Assembly (NCBI GenBank): GCA_937127245.1
Contig: CAKZLU010000034.1
Coordinates: 12,605 to 76,604 of the forward strand
Reading direction: 5' to 3'
Source: an uncultured Actinomycetes bacterium
GTDB taxonomy: Bacteria; Actinomycetota; Geothermincolia; Fen-727; JACVIW01
DNA length: 64,000 nucleotides
The first letter of the stretch is position 1. Each line of letters starts with the position of its first letter. Below the pieces are notes generated by a model. That model ran no database searches. It was not told the DNA's origin and saw nothing but the letters and a program-made list of their open reading frames with translations. Shown in pieces: positions 40,239 through 51,027 of this stretch. The translations under genes and the position numbers were made by a program.

Positions 40239-40479
40239 TTCACGGTCTTCATTCCAAAAAATGATGATTTTAACGCATGTTACCCTGTTTGAATCGACGA
40301 ACAGCCCTCAGGGACCCTCATTTTAAGAAGAACCTCAAAAATTTTTTCGTCACAAACATGTATAGTCGCACAAAATTGGGTTTCACGCACACGTTTTTGA
40401 GGGTTGTTTCTTGAAATCCGGGATTAAGCCCGACGAAGGCTTAGCGGCTCGCATCGGCAGGAAAAAGCGACAAACGCTT

Positions 40480-40851
40480 TTAAGTCTGCTTCTTTTTCTT
40501 GACTCTTGCAGCCTTACCGACTTTATCGCGGATATAGTAAAGTTTCGCTCTTCTAACCTGACCCTCAGAAACCACTTTGATGTCCTTGATTATCGGGGAA
40601 TGAAGCGGAAACGTCCTTTCAACCCCCACTCCGAAGGACACTTTTCGCACCGTGAAGGTCTCGCGCGCCCCACTGCCCCGCCTACGGATAACCAGACCCT
40701 GAAAAGACTGAGTCCGCGTGCGGACGGTCTTCTTTTCCCCTGTTCCGCTCGTTTCCTTTATCTCAATTGTGACTTTTACGGTATCCCCGGGCGCAAACTC
40801 GGGGATATCACTGCGCAACTGCTCGCGCTCAATGATATCTATCTCGTTCAT
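40480..40851 (-). CDS. rplS: 50S ribosomal protein L19
   Basis: [36 protein letters not shown]; ATG at 40851 follows GGAGG. Confidence 0.97.
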   Translation of the reverse strand: MNEIDIIEREQLRSDIPEFAPGDTVKVTIEIKETSGTGEKKTVRTRTQSFQGLVIRRRGSGARETFTVRKVSFGVGVERTFPLHSPIIKDIKVVSEGQVRRAKLYYIRDKVGKAARVKKKKQT

Positions 40852-41064
40852 GGCTTCCTCCAAAACGTTGAAATACTATAGCACAATTGAAAGCGGTTTC
40901 AAATTGGACGCGCGGTCGGCTCCGCTCAAAGAAAGCAAACCCGCGGGGATTTTTCCCAGGTTAAAGAGCATAAAACCTCTTCTTTAACTAATCTACGGAA
41001 AAATCAAAAACACTTATGAGGCGCGCCGAATATTAAAAGTCGGGAACAATCCGCCCCGCATGCG

Positions 41065-41841
41065 TCAGTCATCCTCACAGAGCAAATCAGGTCTCTTTGC
41101 CCTGGTTATCTCGAGCGCTTTCTTCCGCCTCCACTCGGCGATCCGAGCATGGTTCCCGGAAAGCAGAACATCGGGAACCTCCCAACCCCTAAATGATGCT
41201 GGGCGCGTATATTGGGGATATTCAAGAAGCCCCGAAGTGAATGATTCCTCCTTGAGAGATTCAAGATTCCCTACAACCCTGGGTATCAATCTCGCCACGG
41301 CGTCAATAATCATTCCCGCGGCAATCTCCCCCCCTGAAAGGACGAAATCTCCTATGGATATTTCGTCTGTGGTTATGTGCTCTCTTACCCGCTCGTCAAC
41401 GCCCTCGTACCTGCCGCAGATTAAAACGATCTCAGGGAAATAAAGGAGGCTGTTTGCAATTTTTTGGTCGAAACCCCTTCCCTGAGGAGAGAGAAGAATA
41501 ACCGGCATGCTCTTACCGATCTGGGTGACTTCCCTTTCAAAAACCTTTTCGAGGGCATGCGTCACAACATCAACCCTTAGCACCATGCCGGGTCCCCCGC
41601 CATAGGGATAATCATCTATTTTCCCGTGGGGCTCAGGGCTTAGCCGGTGCAGGTCATGCAGCCTAACCTCCAAGACCCCGATATTCCTTGCCCTCTTTAT
41701 CACGCCGGTTTCCACAACCGAAGTGATGACATCGGGAACGGCGCAAAAAACATGAAAGACTATTTTTCGGGAAACATCGCAACAGGTCAATTCAGCGATT
41801 TCCCTCCTTCTTTCCCCTTTTCCCAGGCATAAGACCTTCAA
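41065..41841 (-). CDS. trmD: tRNA (guanine37-N1)-methyltransferase (start uncertain)
   Basis: [50 protein letters not shown]. Confidence 0.97.
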   Translation of the reverse strand: MKVLCLGKGERRREIAELTCCDVSRKIVFHVFCAVPDVITSVVETGVIKRARNIGVLEVRLHDLHRLSPEPHGKIDDYPYGGGPGMVLRVDVVTHALEKVFEREVTQIGKSMPVILLSPQGRGFDQKIANSLLYFPEIVLICGRYEGVDERVREHITTDEISIGDFVLSGGEIAAGMIIDAVARLIPRVVGNLESLKEESFTSGLLEYPQYTRPASFRGWEVPDVLLSGNHARIAEWRRKKALEITRAKRPDLLCEDD

Positions 41842-42361
41842 CAGGCCTGATTCTTATCACGCGCGATTCCCTGTCAACATCCGCGATGAAAGCTCTGACG
41901 AAAGGCACCATGAACTGGTGACCCTCGCTATCAGACACCACGAGAAGGTCCTGGTGAGCGCCTAAAATGACATCTGAAACCTCTCCGAGTTTCTCACCGT
42001 TTTCATCCTCAACGGCCATACCCTCGAGCTCATGAACCCAGTACTCCCCTTCTTTCAGAGAATCAGCCTCGCTTTGAGGTATGACAAGATCGCACTCTCT
42101 CAAACCCTCGGCATCGTCCCGGGACTGAATTTCGGCAAACTTCACAAGGATTCGACCCTTGAAAGAAATGGATGAAACAACCGTAACGCTTTTTTTAAGA
42201 ACCCCCCTATAATCCACGAGCATTTGAGAACCTTTCTCAAAACGAACTGGGCAGTCGCTTATTGGCTCAACTATAACGGCCCCACGAACGCCGTGGGGCC
42301 TTATAATCTTTCCAACAAGGAGGAATGACGGAATTTTAGATCGGCCAGAATCCTCAGTCAT
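41792..42361 (-). CDS. rimM: Ribosome maturation factor RimM
   Basis: [25 protein letters not shown]. Confidence 0.94.
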   Translation of the reverse strand: MTEDSGRSKIPSFLLVGKIIRPHGVRGAVIVEPISDCPVRFEKGSQMLVDYRGVLKKSVTVVSSISFKGRILVKFAEIQSRDDAEGLRECDLVIPQSEADSLKEGEYWVHELEGMAVEDENGEKLGEVSDVILGAHQDLLVVSDSEGHQFMVPFVRAFIADVDRESRVIRIRPVEGLMPGKRGKKEGNR

Positions 42362-42591
42362 CAGTCAAGAATCTCGACAATGGCATTCTTGCCCCGTTTT
42401 GTGGCTGCGGCTTTGATGAGCGTTCGCAGCGCTTGAGCTATACGTCCCCCCTTACCGATAACCTTTCCGATATCCACGGGATTCACCTTCAACTGAAGGA
42501 TTACGGATCGCTCTCCCTCAATCATCTCAACCTGGACGTCATTTGGGTTGTCAACAAGAGACTTAGCAAGGTATTCAAGCAGATCTTTCAT
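42361..42591 (-). CDS. khpA: KH-domain RNA-binding protein KhpA
   Basis: [25 protein letters not shown]; ATG at 42591. Confidence 0.93.
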   Translation of the reverse strand: MKDLLEYLAKSLVDNPNDVQVEMIEGERSVILQLKVNPVDIGKVIGKGGRIAQALRTLIKAAATKRGKNAIVEILD

Positions 42592-42883
42592 TTTGTGCCT
42601 CCACTGTCTTCTTTCGTTTGTTAGCCTTAGTCTTCTCAAACTGTTCCCAGATTCCGCTGATTTTCAAAAGATTCAGCACCTGTTTCGTCGGCTGCGCTCC
42701 CTGACTCAACCAGTAGAGCGCTCTGTCAGCATCAATCTTGATGGTGGACGGTTCAGTGAGCGGATCGTAAAACCCGAGTGACTCAATGTATTTCCCATCT
42801 CTGGGCATCCGCGCATCAGCAACTACCACCCGATATGACGGCTGCTTTTTCTTGCCCATTCGCCTCAGCCTGATTCTTACCAA
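42575..42883 (-). CDS. rpsP: 30S ribosomal protein S16
   Basis: [30 protein letters not shown]; TTG at 42883 follows GGAGG. Confidence 0.97.
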   Translation of the reverse strand: MVRIRLRRMGKKKQPSYRVVVADARMPRDGKYIESLGFYDPLTEPSTIKIDADRALYWLSQGAQPTKQVLNLLKISGIWEQFEKTKANKRKKTVEAQNERSA

Positions 42884-42933
42884 TAACTCCCCTCCTTTCA
42901 ATAAATATTTTAATAAGATATGTAATTATACAA

Positions 42934-44262
42934 TCAAAATGGGAACAAACGCTTGAAAGCCCCAAAAGACCCCCTTCCTGAAAAAGCCTTGAGCATTTTT
43001 TGCATATGGGCAAATTGCTTAATAAGTTGATTGACTTCCTGCGTGGTCGTTCCGCTCCCCTTTGCTATTCTGCGCCTTCTGCTTGCGTTCAAAATGGAGG
43101 GATTCTTTCTCTCTTCGGGCGTCATCGACTGGATAATCGCCTCGATTCTCTTCATTCTCCTGTCGTCCAGGTCCATCCCGCCCATCTTCGAAATGTTCCC
43201 CATTCCGGGAATCATTTCCAGAACCCTCGCAAGCCCGCCCATTTTCTTCAGCTGCTGCATCTGCTCCAGGAAATCTTCGAAATCAAATTTCTGCTTTCTT
43301 ATCTTCTCCTCAAGTTTCCGGGCGCGCTCCTCCGTCATGGTCTTTTCCGCTTTTTCAACAAGAGTTATGACGTCACCCATCCCGAGTATCCTTGAAGCCA
43401 CCCGGTCTGGATGAAAAATCTCCATGTCCTCCATCTTTTCGCCTATGGATACAAGTTTGATGGGTCGCCCGGTCACGGTCTTCATTGAAAGCGCGGCGCC
43501 CCCCCTGGCGTCACCATCCATTTTCGTAAGTATTATCCCGTCGAACTCTATGCTTTCCAAAAACGCGAGCGCGACATTGACCGCCTCCTGACCAGTCATC
43601 GCATCCACCACAAGGAGTGTTTCAGAGGGATTAACCCTCTCTTTGATTTCGACCAATTCCTGCATCATCTCCTCGTCTATGTGGAGCCTGCCCGCGGTAT
43701 CGAGTATGACCACATCATAACCGGTTCTGCTTGCCCACTCGACGGACAACGAACAGATTTCGACCGCGCTCTTATGTTTGAAGTAAGAAACGGGTACGCC
43801 CGTTTTCTCACCGAGTATCTGGAGCTGCTCCACCGCCGCTGGTCTGTATATGTCCGCAGCCACCAGGCAAGGATTTCTACCCTGGTGGCGGAGCATTACG
43901 GCGAGCTTTGCCGCCGCGGTTGTCTTTCCGCTTCCCTGAAGCCCAACAAGCATTATCACCGAGGGCGGATGAGTGGCGAAATTCAAAGACCGCGAAGAGC
44001 CTCCCAGAATTTCGGTCATCTCGTCATAGATTATCTTTACCACCTGCTGGGCAGGGGTCACGCTTTTAATAACTTCCTCGCCTATAGCCTTCTGTCTCAC
44101 GTGGTCAATGAACATCTTCACAACCTTGTAGTTGACATCCGCCTCGAGAAGCACGAGCCTAAGTTCCTTGAGGGCAGCCTCGACGTCTTTTTCGGTAAGC
44201 TTGCCTCTCCCCTTTAATTTTGAGAAAACGGCCTGAATGCGGTCATTAAGGGTATCGAACAT
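42934..44262 (-). CDS. ffh: Signal recognition particle protein
   Basis: GLQGSGKTT, DTAGR, TKMDGDARGG, RILGMGD, Met-rich M domain. Confidence 0.98.
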   Translation of the reverse strand: MFDTLNDRIQAVFSKLKGRGKLTEKDVEAALKELRLVLLEADVNYKVVKMFIDHVRQKAIGEEVIKSVTPAQQVVKIIYDEMTEILGGSSRSLNFATHPPSVIMLVGLQGSGKTTAAAKLAVMLRHQGRNPCLVAADIYRPAAVEQLQILGEKTGVPVSYFKHKSAVEICSLSVEWASRTGYDVVILDTAGRLHIDEEMMQELVEIKERVNPSETLLVVDAMTGQEAVNVALAFLESIEFDGIILTKMDGDARGGAALSMKTVTGRPIKLVSIGEKMEDMEIFHPDRVASRILGMGDVITLVEKAEKTMTEERARKLEEKIRKQKFDFEDFLEQMQQLKKMGGLARVLEMIPGMGNISKMGGMDLDDRRMKRIEAIIQSMTPEERKNPSILNASRRRRIAKGSGTTTQEVNQLIKQFAHMQKMLKAFSGRGSFGAFKRLFPF

Positions 44263-44573
44263 TTACCATCTTCCCTCTCTTGAAACAAAACCCTGCGTAT
44301 GGAAATCCGATCTCACGGTTGCAATATACCAAAAGGCAACCCAAATCCAACCGCTTAAGTCAATGAAACCTTAAATGAAAATTCTGTTTTTTAGCTTAAC
44401 TCAAACCGGTCAAAAGCGCATCAACATGAAGAACGTACCTACCAGTTGTTTTCCGTTCGTCAATATTGGGGCGAAAAAGCGTTATTCAAAGCGTGATGCT
44501 TTCTTAAGAATAAACGGGTACAATCTATCTCACCTTAACAGGGAAAAATCCCGCAAATTCGACAGGGGAAAAA

Positions 44574-45227
44574 ATGGAGAAAAAGATGTTTGACGAGATT
44601 AAAAGGGCGTTCGAGGAATCCAGAGCCCGCCAAACTGTGAAAGCGCTTTCGAAAAACGAATTCGACGCGCGATTTTTTTATACCTCTGGGGAAGCGGTGA
44701 GCACGATACTTGAAATCATTCCCCCAGGGTCAAGGGTCGGCGCAGGCGGTTCGGTTACCTTGCAGGAAATAGGGATTTTGCAAACGCTTGCCGAAAGGGG
44801 CGATGAGGTTGTCTATCACAGACCCGACATGGACCCCCTTAAAAGTCTTGAGGTCAGGAAAGAGGCGATTTCGTGCCCCTACTTCCTTTGTTCTGCAAAC
44901 GCGATAACAATGCGGGGCGAGATAGTTAACGTAGACGGGATCGGGAACAGGGTTTCCGGGACGATATTCGGACCTCAAACCGTCTTCATCGTCGCTGGCG
45001 TAAACAAGATAGTATCTGACCTTGATGAGGGGATATCTCGCGTGAGGAACGTCGCGGCTCCCGCGAACGCAAGGAGACTGGGCATCGATGTTCCCTGCGT
45101 GGAAAAAGGCAGGTGCGTTAACTGCAAGGTCCCATCCAACATATGCCGCGTGACCGTGATAATGTCCAGAAGACCCATGCTCACCAATGTCAAGGTGTTC
45201 ATAATCGGCGAATCACTCGGTTTGTAG
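44574..45227 (+). CDS. LUD-domain (lactate utilisation/DUF1121-like) protein
   Basis: GGSVTL, SANAIT..GEIVNVDG.GNRV, GVNKIV, PC...G.C..C...IC. Confidence 0.8.
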   Translation: MEKKMFDEIKRAFEESRARQTVKALSKNEFDARFFYTSGEAVSTILEIIPPGSRVGAGGSVTLQEIGILQTLAERGDEVVYHRPDMDPLKSLEVRKEAISCPYFLCSANAITMRGEIVNVDGIGNRVSGTIFGPQTVFIVAGVNKIVSDLDEGISRVRNVAAPANARRLGIDVPCVEKGRCVNCKVPSNICRVTVIMSRRPMLTNVKVFIIGESLGL

Positions 45228-45265
45228 CGGTTTATGGTCTTTAAAAAACGCGCGGAAAGCGTGGA

Positions 45266-46264
45266 TCAAGCGCGGATTAATCTCGAAAAGGCAAGGTAGA
45301 AAATCCTTAAAGCTGAAAGACTCTGAGACAACAACCTGTTTTTCTTTGGAACTCTCGGTTTTGCCGCAATAATCTCACTCATCCAAATTTCGGGGTCATC
45401 ACGGGTTACGACCCCCTCAAGATTGTAAACGCTTATGTCCCTGATCCCAGCGGCGAGCGCCGCACCAATGCTTTCCACAAGTTCCCCAACGCTTTCAAAA
45501 GTCTTCTCGGTTCCAAGAATCCCCGTACCGGTTACGCCAACCGAAATCCCGGCTTTATCTCCGTATCTAAAGCGAAGCCCGAGAGAGGACTCGAACGCCA
45601 TTCTGTTGGCGACCTGCTGAGAAATTATTCCCTTGGTCGAGCCCTCAAACATTGACGAGTACCACATCGGGCTTATGACATCCCAGTTAATCCCTCCAAC
45701 CGGCGTCTCCATGAAGTTTTGAATGAGATTGCCCTGACCTTCCAGCTCGAGAGCGACCCACGGCAGGATAGCCGCAATTGTCTTGATGCCCCTGGAACGA
45801 ACCCATCCCACAAACTCGCTCAAATTTTCCCGTGCGGACACAAACCTGATGGGGTCAATGTTTTCCCTTAACAGCCGAACCACGCCTTTGAGCTTGCCAA
45901 CCGGCGACGCATTGAAGAGTCCGAAAATCTGGTCAGCCGGCATTTCGAGGTCGACTGCAACGTAATCCGGAGTCACACCCGCCTCAACAGCCTTAGAAAC
46001 TATTTCTTTTGCATGAGAACAAAAGACAGACATGTTTCTCTCGTTGGGAAAATATCCGTCATCCGGCTTGAGCAGTATCCAGAACGCGATTTCAACCCCA
46101 GATTCTCTCAAACAAGCAAGGGCAGAAACATTCTCATCGTTTAGAGTTTCAGGGAATATCGCTATGTTCAAACCCGGCTTGTACTTCGATATTAGATCAA
46201 AGGCTTCTTGGACAATTCTTTCAGGAGACCAGTGTTCAACCCAGAACCTCAGTTTGTAAGACAT
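45266..46264 (-). CDS. Hypothetical protein, possible TIM-barrel/glycoside-hydrolase-like fold
   Basis: 332-aa ORF with GGAG RBS; alternating beta/alpha pattern, VAVDLEMP, DVISPMWY; fold is inference only. Confidence 0.6.
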   Translation of the reverse strand: MSYKLRFWVEHWSPERIVQEAFDLISKYKPGLNIAIFPETLNDENVSALACLRESGVEIAFWILLKPDDGYFPNERNMSVFCSHAKEIVSKAVEAGVTPDYVAVDLEMPADQIFGLFNASPVGKLKGVVRLLRENIDPIRFVSARENLSEFVGWVRSRGIKTIAAILPWVALELEGQGNLIQNFMETPVGGINWDVISPMWYSSMFEGSTKGIISQQVANRMAFESSLGLRFRYGDKAGISVGVTGTGILGTEKTFESVGELVESIGAALAAGIRDISVYNLEGVVTRDDPEIWMSEIIAAKPRVPKKNRLLSQSLSALRIFYLAFSRLIRA

Positions 46265-46319
46265 TCATCTCTCCAATCAGCTTGGGCAACGCAACTAAAA
46301 GGGGAGCGCTAAAAAGATA

Positions 46320-47459
46320 TCAGAAAAGGGCTTTTGCGTATTCAACCGGATCGAAGGGGCGTAAATCGCCCAGTCCTTCACCAACACCCACAAAACCAAC
46401 CGGTATCTTAAGCTCTTTTCCGATTGCAAGAACGACCCCGCCTTTGGCGGTGCCGTCCATTTTCGTTAAAGCAATCATATCCACTTTTAGAGCCTGGCTG
46501 AAAATCCTTGCCTGATTCACTCCGTTCTGTCCGGTAGTGGCGTCTATCACAAGGATACCCAAAGGGCTGTGCGTCAGTTTCTTCTCGGCAACCCTCCAGA
46601 TCTTGGAAAGTTCCTCCATGAGATTCTTTTTGGTATGAAGTCTGCCCGCGGTGTCAACAACTACCGCGTCGATATCTTTAGCCAGCGCGCGCTCGATGCA
46701 GTCGTAAACAACAGCTGCCGGGTCACCACCCGCTTTATGCCTTACAACCGGGGCGCCGACTCTCGCCGCCCACATCTCCATCTGCTCTATCCCGGCGGCG
46801 CGAAAAGTGTCGGCGGCGGCGAAGATTACCCTCTTGCCCGCGCTTTTGAAGATGTAGCCGATTTTTGCGCAGGTGGTTGTCTTGCCCACCCCGTTGACAC
46901 CAACCACAAATATCACTCGAGGCTTGGGTCCCTCAAGAGAAGGAGGGGTACCCGAAGAAAGAATTGTCTCGACGACCGCTTTTCTGAAAGCCTCCCTGAC
47001 GCCCTCCAGTGACTTAACCCCCTCCTCTATGACGATTTCTTTAGCCTTTTGCACTATCACCGCCGAGCAGTCAACACCGGCATCCGCCGCTATTAACGCC
47101 TCTTCCGCCTCCGCCCAGAATGACGGATCAATCGCTTTCTTCACAGCGGCTTTCGCAAAAGGCCTGGATAGAACTTTTCTGGAAAGGGCTAACCCCGCTT
47201 TAAGACCTTTCGGGGAGGACGAATTTAGCTCAGCCTTGGCGGTTTCTCTGAGGCTTTCCGCGCCGGCAGAAACCAAAGAAGAATTTGAGTCGCTTCCTTC
47301 GGGCAATGGTTCCTCTTTTTCGATATGAGGCTTTTCAACCGCGAAACGAGCGGATTCTTCCGCAGTCTCTTCTCCGGACGCTTCTATTACGCCGGAGTCA
47401 ATTATTTCCTCCGGCGCTTCTGGCTCTTCTTTTCCGGCTTTCTTCCTTTTGAAGACCAT
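46320..47459 (-). CDS. ftsY: SRP receptor FtsY
   Basis: Acidic N-terminus, GVNGVGKTT, DTFRAA, DTAGR, TKMDGTAKGG. Confidence 0.97.
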   Translation of the reverse strand: MVFKRKKAGKEEPEAPEEIIDSGVIEASGEETAEESARFAVEKPHIEKEEPLPEGSDSNSSLVSAGAESLRETAKAELNSSSPKGLKAGLALSRKVLSRPFAKAAVKKAIDPSFWAEAEEALIAADAGVDCSAVIVQKAKEIVIEEGVKSLEGVREAFRKAVVETILSSGTPPSLEGPKPRVIFVVGVNGVGKTTTCAKIGYIFKSAGKRVIFAAADTFRAAGIEQMEMWAARVGAPVVRHKAGGDPAAVVYDCIERALAKDIDAVVVDTAGRLHTKKNLMEELSKIWRVAEKKLTHSPLGILVIDATTGQNGVNQARIFSQALKVDMIALTKMDGTAKGGVVLAIGKELKIPVGFVGVGEGLGDLRPFDPVEYAKALF

Positions 47460-47474
47460 TTCCGCTTATAAATA

Positions 47475-50400
47475 TCAGGCAATCGCCGAACTCGTTGCGC
47501 GCAACGGACTTATGACATCTGATTCTCTACCGTGGCGGTCCATCCTCTGCGAGATGACCCTCGAGACGCCGTCGCCCTGCATGCTTATCCCGTAGAGAAC
47601 ATCGGCTATCTCCATGGAACGCTTTTGATGCGTTATTAAGATTAACTGAGACTTATTCTTGAACTCACCTACCAGCCTCAGAAAGCGATTCAGATTCACA
47701 TCGTCCAAAGCGGCCTCCACTTCGTCGAGAAAATAGAAGGGGCTCGGTCGGACTTCGAAAAGCGCAAAGAAGAATGCTATTGCCGTAAGAGCTGTTTCAC
47801 CCCCGGATAGAAGGGAAATCCTTCTGAGTTTCTTCCCTTCCGGTTGAGCGTAAATCTCAACTCCCGTATTCAAGGGGTCATCCGGGTCCGTCAACCTGAG
47901 CTCCGCTTTTCCTCCCGGGAATAGAAAAGAGAAAATCCGCCGGAAATGTTCGTCAACCAGGGTAAAGGTCTCGGCAAACTTACGCTCGATTTCGCTGTCG
48001 ATCTCTCTTATTATCTTTTTCAACTGGGATTTGCTCTTCACAAGGTCCTCGAGCTGCTCCGATAAGAATCTGCCTCTTTCCTCTAACGCTTCGAGGTCGT
48101 TTACCGCAACGGGATTGACTGGACCGAGCCTCTCAAGTTCAGACGCAAGCGTTTCAATCCTTCTTTCGAGCGAAGACACAGGTTCATCGCTTTCATACTG
48201 CCTTAAAGCGACGTCGACCGAGATGCGATGTCCCTCGATTATCTCAGAAGACAGTTGATTTATTTTGAACTTGAGTTCGGCGTCCGCCACCTCATCCTGG
48301 TGTAATAACTCCTTAAGCGATTCCTCCTCCCTGCTGAGAAGCTCAAGCGACCTCTTGAGGTCCGCAGCCGTGCGATATTCGTCCTCAGCGGTCTTCTCTC
48401 GATTCTTTATCGCTGTCTCGAGTTCACGGCGCTTTGAGGCCGCATGGTTGACAAGCCTGTCGCATAGATACGAAACTTTCCTGGCAAGGGGACGTATGGC
48501 GCTTTCTTTTTCCCTATCCCGTGCCCCCAGCTTTGTTAGAATTTCAGCTTTCCTATCCGAAAGGCTCTTGGTCTCGGCATCTATCTGGCGAATTCTCTTT
48601 TCAAGTCCTCTTATCTGCGCCCGGGTTTCCTCCAGGGCTTTTTGAAGCTCAGCGGCTCTTTTCTCTTCTCTTTCCTTTTCCTGCAGCGCGATTTTCAGCG
48701 CCTTCTCCAATTCCTCGATCCTCTCCTCCTGCAAATCCAGACCTTCACCAGCTTCGGGTTTTTCTCCTCGGGCAAGAGAAATGCGCTCCCTTACAACGGC
48801 GAGATTAGAAGAGACAGTAGCTTTTTCCATGTTGTTTTCGCCAAGCTCAAGGTATAGATTCCTTATTTCTGTAAGCAGGTCCGCTTCCCTGGTAGAGAGC
48901 GCCTCAAGCTCGAGCTCAAGTAGGTCGAGCTTCTCGAGGTAGCGCGAGGCAAGTTCTTCTTGCTCCTCCATCCGCTTGCGGGAAATCTCTTTAAACGCCT
49001 CAGAGAATTCGTTACTTCCGCCTTTTACGAGACCGCCGCCAGAGATGACGTCCGCATCGGGGGTAAGAAAAACGAGGTTCGGGTAATCTTCTGCGCACCT
49101 TAAACCCTCGTCGAGGTCGCGCACCATATAGACATCCCCGAGCAACACGTCGAGAGCGTCTGAAAATATCTCTGGGGCTTTCACGAGGTCCCTCGCCCTC
49201 CTGAGACCTTCAGGACAGGGTTGCTCGATGTCGCCAATTTTTCCGCTGGCGTTCCTCTGTGTACGGAAAAACAGCGCTTTCCCCATGCCTTCCTCTTTGA
49301 GATACTCAATCGCGCGTTTAAGCGCGTCATCGTCTTTCCCGAGCATCCCGAAAAGCCATGGACCCAGAAAGCCGCTTATTGCCGCTTCATAGCCCTCCTC
49401 TATTTCAAGGTAGTATGCAAGCATCTCGCTTAAGCCGCCACCCGTGGGGTCACTTTTCTCAAGTTCAGAGGCGGCGCTTGCGAAATCCCACCTCAAATCG
49501 TTTAAATGCGCAAGAATTTCGAGCCTCGCCAATAGTGATGATGCCTTCGCGTCTGTTTCCCTTATTTTCCCTAAAAGCTCATTCTTCTTGATTTGTAGCG
49601 AGTCAAGCTCATCTGTGGTTTTATCTATTTCTGCCTGGATTCTACAAGCGCTTGCCTCAAGCTGTTCGTATTCGGCGGAAAGATTTCTTTCCCTCAGACA
49701 AAGCGAATCCATGTCCTCATAGCATGCGTCCTGCGGATTGAGTGAACCGCTCATCCTTTGGGAAATTGCTCGCTTGAGCCCCTCTATCTTTCCCTCACAA
49801 ATGGCTGCGTCTCTCGCGATTGCTCCAAGCCTTTGCTCACATTCGAAAAGCTGTTTGCGCATCTCCTCTTCGGCTTCCAGAGCGCTCTCTAACTCTTGGT
49901 TGGTCCTGATATTCTCCTCTCCTAGTGAGCTTATCTTTTCTTCCAAACTCTCAAGCTCCCCTTCAAGTTTCTCCAATTCGCCGGGCAAAAGGTAAGGCTC
50001 CTCCTCATCGGGAACGATTATTTTCTCTGAATACGCAATCAGGCGCTCGTGTACTGCGATAAGTCGGTAGAGGGCATCCCTTAACGAGGATTCTCTGAGG
50101 CGCCAGTCGGTCGAGTCACGCTCGATTGATGCAATTCCGCGAGTTATCCCTTCTATCTGTTCTTTAAGCGAATCAAGACGGGACCTTTTCTGGCTCAAAC
50201 ATGCGCCAAGTTCTTCCCTCTGGCGCATCACCTCCTTCAATCGGGAAACAAGGAGGGTTAGCTTCGCCTGTTGGAGCTGGTGGTTTAACTCCTTATATGC
50301 CTCGAACCTTTTAGCCTGGTGTGAAAGCGGTTTTATTTGCCTTTTTACCTCGCGCAATACATCTTTTACTCTCAGAATCTCATCTTCCGTCCTCTCGAGC

Positions 50401-50939
50401 TTCCTGTTGGACTTCTCTCGTCTTCTTCTGAATTTGAGTAGCCCACCCGCTTCCTCTATGTATCGTCTTCTCTCCTCAGGGCGCATCGAAAGCACTTCCT
50501 CGAGCTGCCCCTGACTCACAACCGAGTTGAGTGTTCTGCCTATTCCCGCATCCGAGAGAATTTCCTGAATATCAGTAAGTCTGCAAGGTGTATTGTTTAA
50601 CAGATATTCGCTTTCCCCTCCCCTGGCCACTACCCTCGATATGGAAATTTCCAAATAACTGAAAGGAAAATTATTGTTCGAGTTGTCCAGTACGAGTTCC
50701 ACCTCGGCGCAATTGACGGGCTTGTGAACACCGCTGCCGGCGAATATGACGTCCTCCATTCTGGAACCTCTTAAACTTGAAGGGCTCTGCTCACCAAGAA
50801 CCCACATGACGGCATCGGCGATGTTGCTCTTTCCAGAACCGTTGGGACCCACGATAATCGTTAGCCCCGGCTCAAATTTCAGCGCCGTCTTGCGGGCAAA
50901 CGACTTGAACCCTTTCAAGTTAAGCTCCTTTAAATACAA
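47475..50939 (-). CDS. smc: Chromosome segregation protein SMC
   Basis: GFKSFA, GPNGSGKSN, coiled coils and hinge, LSGGE, LDEVEAALD, ITH. Confidence 0.97.
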   Translation of the reverse strand: MYLKELNLKGFKSFARKTALKFEPGLTIIVGPNGSGKSNIADAVMWVLGEQSPSSLRGSRMEDVIFAGSGVHKPVNCAEVELVLDNSNNNFPFSYLEISISRVVARGGESEYLLNNTPCRLTDIQEILSDAGIGRTLNSVVSQGQLEEVLSMRPEERRRYIEEAGGLLKFRRRREKSNRKLERTEDEILRVKDVLREVKRQIKPLSHQAKRFEAYKELNHQLQQAKLTLLVSRLKEVMRQREELGACLSQKRSRLDSLKEQIEGITRGIASIERDSTDWRLRESSLRDALYRLIAVHERLIAYSEKIIVPDEEEPYLLPGELEKLEGELESLEEKISSLGEENIRTNQELESALEAEEEMRKQLFECEQRLGAIARDAAICEGKIEGLKRAISQRMSGSLNPQDACYEDMDSLCLRERNLSAEYEQLEASACRIQAEIDKTTDELDSLQIKKNELLGKIRETDAKASSLLARLEILAHLNDLRWDFASAASELEKSDPTGGGLSEMLAYYLEIEEGYEAAISGFLGPWLFGMLGKDDDALKRAIEYLKEEGMGKALFFRTQRNASGKIGDIEQPCPEGLRRARDLVKAPEIFSDALDVLLGDVYMVRDLDEGLRCAEDYPNLVFLTPDADVISGGGLVKGGSNEFSEAFKEISRKRMEEQEELASRYLEKLDLLELELEALSTREADLLTEIRNLYLELGENNMEKATVSSNLAVVRERISLARGEKPEAGEGLDLQEERIEELEKALKIALQEKEREEKRAAELQKALEETRAQIRGLEKRIRQIDAETKSLSDRKAEILTKLGARDREKESAIRPLARKVSYLCDRLVNHAASKRRELETAIKNREKTAEDEYRTAADLKRSLELLSREEESLKELLHQDEVADAELKFKINQLSSEIIEGHRISVDVALRQYESDEPVSSLERRIETLASELERLGPVNPVAVNDLEALEERGRFLSEQLEDLVKSKSQLKKIIREIDSEIERKFAETFTLVDEHFRRIFSFLFPGGKAELRLTDPDDPLNTGVEIYAQPEGKKLRRISLLSGGETALTAIAFFFALFEVRPSPFYFLDEVEAALDDVNLNRFLRLVGEFKNKSQLILITHQKRSMEIADVLYGISMQGDGVSRVISQRMDRHGRESDVISPLRATSSAIA

Positions 50940-51027
50940 GGCGTCCCTCCATTCAACACACTAACCGGAATTTCCGTAGCGCATCTGCCTGGGCAGTATC
51001 ACCAGAATCATGTCCCATAAAAGGATT

